From a virus (taxonomy: Duplodnaviria; Caudoviricetes): a stretch of 64,000 bases of DNA. The notes below the pieces were generated by a model. It searched no databases, was not told the DNA's origin, and was given only the letters and a program-made list of their open reading frames with translations. The DNA is taken from IMG/VR virus record IMGVR_UViG_3300043443_000284, positions 439 to 64,438 of that record; one strand, written 5' to 3'. The number at the start of each line of letters is the position of its first letter. Position 1 is the stretch's first letter. This document shows positions 58,201 to 64,000 of this stretch, piece after piece. The translations under genes and the position numbers were made by a program.

Positions 58201-61200
58201 CTGCCAGTCACGATATGCATTAGCGTCTTCGTTGATTGACTTGACAATATTTGCACGGCGTTGTTCAGTAGCTGCGTACCATAAAAACTCTAGCCCTAAA
58301 TCTGATAAAGCAGCTTTCGTTTCAAATGGGTCTTGGGTTGCTATCTTTTTCTGAACGGTCATAACGGCTTGCTTATAAGCACGCTCACTCGTCCAGAACC
58401 TAGATAGGATTGGATCAAATCCAGCACTTGTTATTAAAGATAGGCCAGTCGGATCGGACGTAACAGCAATTGCCCTACCAAGAAACACTTGCATTTCGGG
58501 TGAAGCGCCAGCAAGTGTGCGCATCTGCCACATATTGTCAGCATGGTATGCAGCATGAGGCGCTATTCCACGTAGTTGGTATGCATAAGCAATAGCGTCA
58601 CGTCGTGTTGCTGGAGTATCAATTACGTTTAATGATTTAACGGCTTGAGCATAAAGAGCGTCTGGAGTACGAATTGAATTACTGCGGTATGCAAGTATGT
58701 TCATTCTCCTAGCAATAGCATGCGCAGTTGACCGACTCTGAATTGACTGGGCACTAAGTAATGCTCCAGATTTACCAAGAGACATTAATCCATCAAGGTA
58801 ATAAAGCTGCTCCATAAAACCGGAATCACCATAGAGGTCAGCCACACGTACAAGATAGTTATATACGGTTGTCCCCGGTTTGATAGCGTCATCGTAAACG
58901 CCAACGACTGCGTCGAAAACAGCCTCAACATTTTGATTAGCAGCAGCCCATGAGATTAATCCAAGTTTGACATCACCACTAAACGCATTACCAGATTTAA
59001 CAACATCTAATAATATTCCCGGCAGTTCTTCTGCTGTGGCGCCTTCTATACGCGTCCTCTGGTTTTTTGATGAACGTAATGCCATGTACGTGTTGAACTC
59101 TTCTTCATCAGTGAGAGTTCTAGTCCAAGGCCTGTGATACGGAACGTCATCAGTTGGCCTAAAGTTGTCGAGTCTTGTTTGCAATTCGCCTCGATCAGCT
59201 TGAGATTCAATAATGACATTGTCAACAGGAACTGTGTAAGCGTCACCAGTTGGGTCAGACAACAAACGAACAGTTACTAAATTGTTATCCGACTTAATGA
59301 CAATTGCTTTTTCTAAATCAGATTCCGTAGTAAATGCACCTGATACTAAATCACCTACCTGTACATCAACGTCGTTAATCAAATCACCGCTTACTGGATC
59401 CATACGCATTGCTTGGCGCGTTCCAGCAACATTCAAAGCGTAATCTTCAGCAACAATATTACGAATGGTCTGTGCTTTTTCTTCTAAAGTCCCACCACCA
59501 TCCAAGACTGTTTCCAATAAGTCTAAAACCTCTAAAGACACTGGAACCCTAGCTGGTAAGCCAGTGTCGTGGATATCCATGCGGATATAGCCAATTTGTG
59601 AGTCAACTGCAATACGTGCATCTTTAATCGTCTGTGTATTTGCAGTATCTGGTGACTGCTCTAATTGACGAGCACTTAATGGAGTCTTGGTCTGAACCCT
59701 TGCTTGCTCAGCCGACAAAGGCTGCATATATACAGTTCCGTCTGGCAACTGATAGATACCCATAGGCTGAGTTCCACCAGCAGTCTCAATGAGACGTCCA
59801 TTTACAAAGCGCACTTGACCATCTTCGGATGTAAACGGAACCTTATCCGGAAAGTCTTGGCTTTCAGTAAAGTCCAACAGTTCTTTACCGGCTTCAGACT
59901 CAGTTGTTGTATTTAGGATAGTTAAAATTGGGCGCAAAGTGTCAAGTAATCGTAGGTTGTTTGCTGATAGATCCCTCATTAAATCTACTGCGCCAACATT
60001 TTCTACACTGACATTTCCCTCGCGTGTTCTCGTCTTAAGCATGATTTGTCCACCGGGATTAAAACCTGCAATAGATTTTGTTTTCCCACCGGAAGACCAT
60101 CTGTTTCGCGAGTTGAACGGGTTAAAAATATCGAGCCTAGAAGATAAGGCTTTTACTAATTGCTCTGCCGTGTAGAATGCTGACTTCCTATTTACGGTAG
60201 GTTGATCCAAAAAGATTAAATCGGAAGTATCTTCATCACCACGAACAATTTCTTGAGACCTAAATGTATAACCATCAGGCCCGCGATGTGGATTAAATGC
60301 TAGATATTGCGGGACTCCGTCGGCAGCATCTTCGATACGCACAGCAAAGAACTGCTGTTGTTGTGATCGAGGTGCAACAGTCCTCTGTTGGGCTTGTTGC
60401 TCCGGTGTGCCAGTCGCTGGCTCAACTGGCTTTTCGGTTGGTTGCTGACTTGCCTTCATTGCGTCCAACATTCGTTTTTCAATGTGTGGAGTTAATTCGG
60501 CAATTGCACGACTCTTTGCTTTTGGATCTACGACAAAGATGTTTTCATTTATGCGTTGTTGTAATAACGGATTGTTGTCAGATAATGGAGCCTTGTCTCC
60601 CTTGACGCGCATAGATGTAACTAACTTATTAAATTGCTCTTGCAGTGGAGCGTCGTCAAGCGCACGGCCAGTAAGTAGTTTTTGGAAGAATACTTCAGCA
60701 GCATGCGTAGGAAGAACTTCACCAGAAATAACTGCTTGGCGAGCTGGTTCTGCAATCATTTCATATGCAGCACTAACAACACGCTTAACGTCATCTGGGT
60801 TGGCGTCTTTTCCAGTAAGTTGCTTAAAGCGTTGTTGAACAACATCGCTTCTCCACCCACCAGAATCAACCCAGTCACGGGCAACTAACGTTGCTTCCGT
60901 TTTAATATCTGACCCTTGACCCAATACTTTGCCACGCAAAGCCGGAGTCATAAATGCAGATAACTTTCCTGCCGGTCTCACAGCAGTAAACGTCAGTAAT
61001 GCTGCGCGACCAATGTCAGACATAGTCGGCAACTTGTAGGCTTTCTCGCCAGTCTCAGTTAGTGTTTGATCAGTAATTGCCCGATAGGTCTGAGCAATAG
61101 GTTCAAATGCGTTGTTAATTCCAAATGCAGCATCTGGGCCAACGCTACCAATAAGTTCGGTCTTCTCACGCAACAGCCGATCTCCAGCATTAAGGAATCG

Positions 61201-62673
61201 TCCTTGATACTGTGAGGCATTTGCCTTAGCCAATAAGCGATTGACTTTAAACAACTGACGCGCATCTTTATAAAATGATCCAATGCCAGAACCAAATAAT
61301 CCAACTGTTGCAGCAGTTTGCGCTACTCCATTAGGATCTAACTGTGCCATGCGCTGTTCTTTTTGTGCACGAGCATCAATCACTTGACCTTCAGTGGTTT
61401 GCAATTGCACTGGTATAGCTTCTACAGCAGATGCAAGAGGGCGACCTGCCATCTGCGTCGCTATGTTAGCCCTCTCAGCTTGCTCTGGTGTTCCACCAAA
61501 CGCTTTAGTTACCTGACCCGGAATACCCGCTGTGCCTAAACCACCAACGGCCATTGGCACCATCGACCCAGCAGTCCGTGCTACTTGAGACTGAATCATC
61601 GTCTTGACAACTGGTCGTGTAGCAGCAGCAAATGCTGTGCCAGCAAACTTCATTGTTAATAAATCTAGACCAGCACCGGGAACAGTACCCGCAATAATCC
61701 CACCAGATAATGCACTAGCCTGACGTAACAAGTTGTCTGGATCACCAGTTCTCTGTGCGTACCAATCACCAATGCCTAGACTTGTATAGTTAGCATCAAA
61801 TTCTTGCTTTGCTGCTTTTCCTTGTAACTTACCAATGCCGTGTCCAATTGCAATACGGCCTAGTTCACCACCGACAATGGCTGGAGATGCTACTATCTTT
61901 TCAATTTCACCAGATGATCCGTACATAGATTCAAGGAATAAGTTTTCCTTGCCTGTATCAGCTGCACCTTGCTGATATTTCTTTTCACCTTCATCTAAGA
62001 AATTGTAAGCCTCACCGAATGTTTCATTAGCAGTTACGGTGCGACCAAGATTTGCAACGGACTTAATTGCTCCAAGCCCAAGACCAGCAATGGTTCCAGC
62101 GCCAGCACTAGCCATAGCTGCAGCTTCTCGCGCAAATAACGGTAATTTGCCTTGCTCTGCTGCTAACTGCTTCTTATATTGCTTATTCTTTTCAATCTTA
62201 TCTTTTTGAATTGAATCCCAGTCTGGGCTGAATGAACGACCAGACACATGCTCTTTTCCGCTATGGATTTGATTTCCAGATACAATCCTTGTCTTACGTG
62301 CTTGCATCAATTTCTCTGATGCAAGAGATGTGTACTTTCGCTTTTCTTCTAACGAAATATAACCAGCTTTTTGTGCCTTATCAATTTCGTTCTCTACATT
62401 AGAATCAATACCATTTTTCTTCCAAGCACCAGTGAGTAGGCTTTGTGTAGCAGGACGCAGAATGTTTTGGCGAAATGCTTTTTGTGTATCAAAGAATTCT
62501 TTTTCTTCTTTTGAAACAGGGGCCTTGTCTCCGTAGTCAACCGCCTGTTCCCAGTAGGATTTTTTGCCAACCTTTGCACGCTTCGCTTTGGCTGCTGCTT
62601 TTTCAGCTTCAACGATTTGGCGTTGCCGTGCATAACCCGGTGCAAAAGTTTGTGGCTTCTTTGACATGCTCAT
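49225..62673 (-). CDS. Giant (4482 aa) internal virion / large polyvalent protein with zincin HExxH motif
   Basis: Uninterrupted 13.4-kb ORF at end of ejection module; TLFHEMTHSLF at 54982-54996 with downstream HELFA; KOW-like segment VQVGDLV. Confidence 0.8.
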   Translation of the reverse strand: MSMSKKPQTFAPGYARQRQIVEAEKAAAKAKRAKVGKKSYWEQAVDYGDKAPVSKEEKEFFDTQKAFRQNILRPATQSLLTGAWKKNGIDSNVENEIDKAQKAGYISLEEKRKYTSLASEKLMQARKTRIVSGNQIHSGKEHVSGRSFSPDWDSIQKDKIEKNKQYKKQLAAEQGKLPLFAREAAAMASAGAGTIAGLGLGAIKSVANLGRTVTANETFGEAYNFLDEGEKKYQQGAADTGKENLFLESMYGSSGEIEKIVASPAIVGGELGRIAIGHGIGKLQGKAAKQEFDANYTSLGIGDWYAQRTGDPDNLLRQASALSGGIIAGTVPGAGLDLLTMKFAGTAFAAATRPVVKTMIQSQVARTAGSMVPMAVGGLGTAGIPGQVTKAFGGTPEQAERANIATQMAGRPLASAVEAIPVQLQTTEGQVIDARAQKEQRMAQLDPNGVAQTAATVGLFGSGIGSFYKDARQLFKVNRLLAKANASQYQGRFLNAGDRLLREKTELIGSVGPDAAFGINNAFEPIAQTYRAITDQTLTETGEKAYKLPTMSDIGRAALLTFTAVRPAGKLSAFMTPALRGKVLGQGSDIKTEATLVARDWVDSGGWRSDVVQQRFKQLTGKDANPDDVKRVVSAAYEMIAEPARQAVISGEVLPTHAAEVFFQKLLTGRALDDAPLQEQFNKLVTSMRVKGDKAPLSDNNPLLQQRINENIFVVDPKAKSRAIAELTPHIEKRMLDAMKASQQPTEKPVEPATGTPEQQAQQRTVAPRSQQQQFFAVRIEDAADGVPQYLAFNPHRGPDGYTFRSQEIVRGDEDTSDLIFLDQPTVNRKSAFYTAEQLVKALSSRLDIFNPFNSRNRWSSGGKTKSIAGFNPGGQIMLKTRTREGNVSVENVGAVDLMRDLSANNLRLLDTLRPILTILNTTTESEAGKELLDFTESQDFPDKVPFTSEDGQVRFVNGRLIETAGGTQPMGIYQLPDGTVYMQPLSAEQARVQTKTPLSARQLEQSPDTANTQTIKDARIAVDSQIGYIRMDIHDTGLPARVPVSLEVLDLLETVLDGGGTLEEKAQTIRNIVAEDYALNVAGTRQAMRMDPVSGDLINDVDVQVGDLVSGAFTTESDLEKAIVIKSDNNLVTVRLLSDPTGDAYTVPVDNVIIESQADRGELQTRLDNFRPTDDVPYHRPWTRTLTDEEEFNTYMALRSSKNQRTRIEGATAEELPGILLDVVKSGNAFSGDVKLGLISWAAANQNVEAVFDAVVGVYDDAIKPGTTVYNYLVRVADLYGDSGFMEQLYYLDGLMSLGKSGALLSAQSIQSRSTAHAIARRMNILAYRSNSIRTPDALYAQAVKSLNVIDTPATRRDAIAYAYQLRGIAPHAAYHADNMWQMRTLAGASPEMQVFLGRAIAVTSDPTGLSLITSAGFDPILSRFWTSERAYKQAVMTVQKKIATQDPFETKAALSDLGLEFLWYAATEQRRANIVKSINEDANAYRDWQRKLNTYVSNEAIPTIVLKAIESDISSGDFMGYVDESTVHQTNQVSFIQVIARFGEDIVRSVANSELIDTQAKTDLLTALNNLRGQIQDMSPEQLANISAYRPSNITGNVEYTLLSDGSANDLGLVQYQQTIDRAAQMIIDQALSEDDVAKIQEDMAADFENDPTLATVARNETMASYDITELARRSAYEKLRSGFAVTQLARALGHFTFEDAPQLTSHVARWEDHYGVRTIQDQLNQALTAKNDAEVNRLSSELAGAKQQAFNSAYRSLIKVLDVVGDLVDTYESILKVDTTELRSVYDVLRNAFDDYQNDYFASGSIYTESFGTFDLAGSRSGARVVKQASEEGVADVAQSSAQQLSDLAPKELEAYKKKLNQEKEAALKQAVQSGKSEQFQLGVSKYYDNLIKRIEGDTLATTTNKTNTITPFSDALTAFNEYVSAELPNIIDLSDPASMADSLTIIGNMSAEMLGLISKDIFTGPQKITQIKNNVLSDVSREYSRTRNISDDVQALRQASAPIEITEDIEAGTITLTGLTMNALNGRKEISEHLRSIDDLNHDALSADPTIGEADLMFDRDAIDLDMAAFLDPTPVISIQAMESDLVDDVAFDGMATSTIPDSKRVKLYSLHARNYEGMRTLLESLLLRQFDFESTDEAVADLGESVNTQRGVMSNGAYKPQRTGALGEQSFFDNDHLVNTAQTLWAPRLRLATEQLIKSLEVPSGARRSLNNILPEIDAILANASAYSDVNTLVADLSNTVARTIDKARIDPDIRAQMIMAFSETAVLDVFNKPDLLGTTYSHADGYVDTPYQIATAISALSSDINSEYYVSFLHPKNLPSILSEPTADGLAAMTPATAEQLYKMYSKIDMDRYGRTTQESIERIKNIYLQRSQYQEKAAKVERDRQFIGAARELSAGLAKTYDNFAYGYGKQQYAMLLTSSLPEHRAIVADAMVKVGVDTRVVNYFKGKAGSLDQILSEGQERGLTRGEVARQFMTNEQQTALATYLIAKGRVNYYLHAGKLMMTSSDLMSKSNAQMITAQGGKLVHGAFLATQRLMMLSSDANGPRTADTLFHEMTHSLFTALDDTNQVKFLRSLVPQFDDIADATAKTNPLYPVVLQLKAIDIYDAANPGKRGVGLQDMWRDPSVVEFWRKEGMSDERISVMQSDWYNSGHELFATALQNFITDFSEPTSMDASSAMDTDAAAIFQQVAGPIRSMWHQLSRANQPDIVIRNGKPYRSWASNVPVAKYTTGRGRGIDYPQVRQGDYVRLVIPNETKLTTSRHDMFNLPDLLTMWTTTGVATNSTTHKFGFKSKATFTLDGQTVTHQVNAPIDNERALSDIAGRLAKGRKVAFYVNPIGRDRTEMNTDRTIWGQRFNGRIVDQVVLKTAGTDQQPTIFAYQMGGKTFSFASMKDNDGVHDSGFFKSRLEKTADGYTTVPAVDSYFVLEAPVEVTMYEPNRKGTSSSYQTNARWIVSADSLTNSEYNPQLLGFTGDYNPKFSAVLYDLNRKIDTVTRAVSNYHSYQDQLKFEKHIVTGTPEDFRTDMRQGVDPKDRIAAYWSDQGKDVRAAGVDMYANMTTGRSSFENELLGLMRAKRLIGTDGTYTEEGAMFIDDLNQFAVNPLAKYIDSQRLFRNSLRSFRFGELNAEGSAFEMRPGMPDYEALRGFHQKVTDALRNKAIKANVAPEGVSDFIDQGIEALYMDIYNAVNPRPLTRGEARSNKVALQDRVSDFISTFNADVDEQFQLTTDAMYNGAVTDVVPLLQSVMQASGVGTSDPFMGYTTISEMIKGIELNQNLSMPLDAYQTNSAGYVLNRVTDVIFGRDNVVGKWEFMQRLASPDSNERERAMQLAMATSHILDLQERQINTAKYKWNQYSLPSSAFADNGKVRIMDPSGRMMQVDFHKNHVQNIGVDHLRAGHVFKADVHSSRYPLFNPDAEVPFVAQVAERDQDGKKIGMPIQQEDMLVNSMTPIEQEQYRISKSGIVIMRTKDVTNPNAPDGMYFYRINKENPKTAAKTGIHFSVDKIVNPYSGYHISGDGPEDMTYVNNQRVMRQSPSKLMWLATQRYFDSATPDNYSAIERIRKTSIIQPEIYVAKMLVARAQRENPQSIPQAWKDGMKDNFRIKKAIANVGDETYDVLQSVLVNNSRKGTWLSSGELPSESGKPFSDYEMDLLRNLPEQPPLADNDQRLANEWKQQRYELIQEKMNDIGEPKNIVFKRHTDNDQVGIAVDGSDVHVTIPSSKFTETLNVLFSSDPSVTTLLSEVPENGGASMPLNTLPKDAPFWRTVLNGWTELSGLETAKRLSRDFARPMIQNFMLTAMNPKNTAMQFYGLLGMFPNLWFPHGSNHSAGVLGKMFGHHKNVALGDMQYHKIISGLFDKYGRKGSVIGYGIPGIHRATVGGFYDREANKHQSYTIEDLNNMGLATTYGEWYETAAAAQAQNPLMTLYDTPIQLTGAENLGTGVLAQRVIPFVGMMERGGVMSTDILRIKQFLEISRVIDRRIFDYLRSGASSEKSAYYEAERSKREFARIINTISGTPVGEDPNVHPVARDLGYKLASVYTAPNWGKSLKAVTYLPMMIELGLAHGINSLLRPVWRKVFNGAEYNTLNVGAYHNYIRAISTFTTPGGITSKTPALFDLQRKAAAFGQVAALGWLFAAMQTNIQERALLAAQGKPTEWYEVAKIAQLMDEMNAGVEQQELLKSSKFGKVITLGNMQVQAPPIIMGLHRFVLAPLDYVQQKINDGESPARAIAETILRTEVTSRVNAMYSGAWNQMTGRTFNNTALYQQHPGFYRFLQNPNYYLQRAGIYSLDLFRLQKMYPRGASRFAIEQEILPIQKLMQDIELMEYQPNAQYNVGLSMAGRMFGVENNYSNVMIQKQIPSLKSGGITIGELSNEMKTQQYDYPNMFDMISQYGLWSLFEGIPGSGDIGGDGWESKQPVRRPGLPTQAVIDSSTERSERLRESMKEKKGKVTIPEMTLEQMSDMYRRGREKMDK

Positions 62674-62686
62674 GTTCTATTATTAC

Positions 62687-64000
62687 CTACTTTACTTTTT
62701 CGACAATGCCAGCCCTATTTTTAATCCACGTAATAGTAGCTTCTTTTTGTTTGTCAGCAGCATCATTACCAGTTTTCTTATTGCGTAATCTCGTGATAGC
62801 TTCTTCTCCAGCTTCACGTAAAGCATTTTCAGCCACCATGCCATACCTGCCAGTCTGTTGATTTAACTGAGTCTGCAGATCAGGATTACGGACTGAATTA
62901 ACAGCATTTAATTTAGTAAGACCTTTTCGCTCAGCAGCTGAGTACATTGCTGCGACAGTTGCAAGATCAATTCCTTCTAGGGTTGTTGCGTCAATACCCA
63001 TTAAGTCAGCAGCCATCTCTTTTGACTTTACGCCTTCATTAGCAATCTTCCTATATGTTTCAATTGCATCCTTTGCAGTAGTGTAAGCATTTCCCTTATC
63101 AGTCACTAATGCTGCAAGAGTAGCTGCAGCTTGTGGATCTTTAGTGTTTACATTGCTTATACGTGCAATATCTTTTTTGTTTGCTTGCTCAACTGCATTG
63201 TCATATAGCGCCCATCGTCGTTCACGTGCAGCCTTTTCTTCTGCTAGTTGTGTACCTAAAGACTCAGTAACACTTGCACGCATGTCTTTTGCGGACGCAA
63301 GTAGAGTTTCTGAAGGTGCAATGTACTTACTTACACGTGACGTAAATCTAGTTTTCTGGTCAGAACTTAAACCGCCCCACCAATTCTGTTTCGGTGCCCA
63401 TTGACCACTAGCATCTTGCTGTATAGGCCACAGTGATTTATCCTTGCCTAATATAGATTCAAATGCCTGTTCTTTTGGAATGTAATTTTGATCAGCAACG
63501 TAACCAACCTCATTTAACATCTCAACAAATGACTGGGCTTTGTCACCTATAAAGCGTTGATAATCTGGATCGTATGATTTTGGCGCTCTAATAAAGGACT
63601 TGGTTCCATAATATTGCCCCTTTGGTCCTGCTTGTCCTTTTTCAAAACCGATGTCTGGTCGCTGAAAATAATCAACACCTAACAATGATCCAAGGTTTGC
63701 GTTCTTTGCAGTCTTCTCAAACAGATCCATTTCGGCAGATGTCAATGGAAGAGTTTGATTTCCACCTTGTTGCCCTTGTAGTAAAAACCCAAACGGGCCA
63801 GCTGGTCCAGCAGGAGCAGGTGCTCCAGCTTGAGTACCTGCTTGTGCACCCTGCACTGTAAATGCACCTGTTGTCGGCGAACCTATACCACCTGTTGCAG
63901 TAGGAGCGACAGAGCCAACACCAGATGGTGCGCCTGTGCCCATTGGAGAAACACCAGTTGTAGCCCCAGATGTCTCCCACGGCTTAATTGTTACGCCGGG
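62687..64000 (-). CDS. Internal virion/ejection-type protein, 5' truncated by window edge
   Basis: Frame stays open upstream of ATG 63943 to 64000 (PGVTIKPWETSGATTGVSP); G/A/P/T-rich linker then helical domain. Confidence 0.7.
   Translation of the reverse strand, partial: PGVTIKPWETSGATTGVSPMGTGAPSGVGSVAPTATGGIGSPTTGAFTVQGAQAGTQAGAPAPAGPAGPFGFLLQGQQGGNQTLPLTSAEMDLFEKTAKNANLGSLLGVDYFQRPDIGFEKGQAGPKGQYYGTKSFIRAPKSYDPDYQRFIGDKAQSFVEMLNEVGYVADQNYIPKEQAFESILGKDKSLWPIQQDASGQWAPKQNWWGGLSSDQKTRFTSRVSKYIAPSETLLASAKDMRASVTESLGTQLAEEKAARERRWALYDNAVEQANKKDIARISNVNTKDPQAAATLAALVTDKGNAYTTAKDAIETYRKIANEGVKSKEMAADLMGIDATTLEGIDLATVAAMYSAAERKGLTKLNAVNSVRNPDLQTQLNQQTGRYGMVAENALREAGEEAITRLRNKKTGNDAADKQKEATITWIKNRAGIVEKVK

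Noticed and set aside
49225-62673. Virion RNA polymerase (N4-like or crAss-like) within the giant protein
   Set aside because: I found no DxDxD/NADFDGD motif. The best single-subunit motif-B look-alike (AKTYDNFAYG) has the wrong spacing and no Arg, and VHDS alone is insufficient. It is unsupported from sequence but not excluded without a structure search.
250-63980. Numerous 60-170 aa opposite-strand or alternative-frame ORFs in the track (e.g. 5417-5902, 6754-7149, 30709-31011, 44308-44718)
   Set aside because: They are shadows of well-supported genes or tRNAs, with no SD and no motifs.
1-64000. Prophage context, integrase/repressor module or stop-codon recoding
   Set aside because: No integrase, CI-like repressor, att site or host genes were recognised. 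Genes are full length and tightly coupled under the standard code using TAA, TAG and TGA stops.

Overview
The window is most of a tailed bacteriophage genome with podovirus-like (P22/BPP-1-type) morphogenesis genes. It appears circularly permuted. No bacterial housekeeping genes, integrase, DNA polymerase, tape-measure or tail-tube gene were recognised. There are two arms that diverge at about 32.1-32.4 kb. The minus arm (32096 to 1, probably continuing from 64000 to 48446) carries dUTPase, a DUF3310-like ORF with a nested ribbon-helix-helix gene, tRNA-Asn, tRNA-Leu, an SNase-like nuclease, thyX and ssb. It then continues with small basic proteins, terS/terL, portal, scaffold, major capsid, cement, two adaptors, holin candidates, duplicated tail modules, nozzle, ejection-type proteins, a 4482-aa giant protein with an HExxH motif, and a CHAP endolysin. 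The plus arm (32465-48463) carries about 30 small early/accessory genes, then VRR-NUC, a Rad52/Sak-like annealase, a Gam-like protein, an LmbU-like protein, an initiator, a loader and DnaB. The most notable observations are: (1) a stand-alone Csx16-family protein as the second early gene, a candidate anti-type III CRISPR ring nuclease; (2) a repeated intergenic element that folds as an H-type pseudoknot ahead of SD-less early genes; (3) an 11-bp palindrome at five promoter regions, with a nested RHH protein as candidate regulator; (4) a structured RNA of about 185 nt behind tRNA-Asn with exposed anti-Shine-Dalgarno loops; (5) a glycine-zipper motif shared by four neighbouring, otherwise unrelated proteins. 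All family assignments come from motif recognition by eye, and no database searches or folding programs were run.
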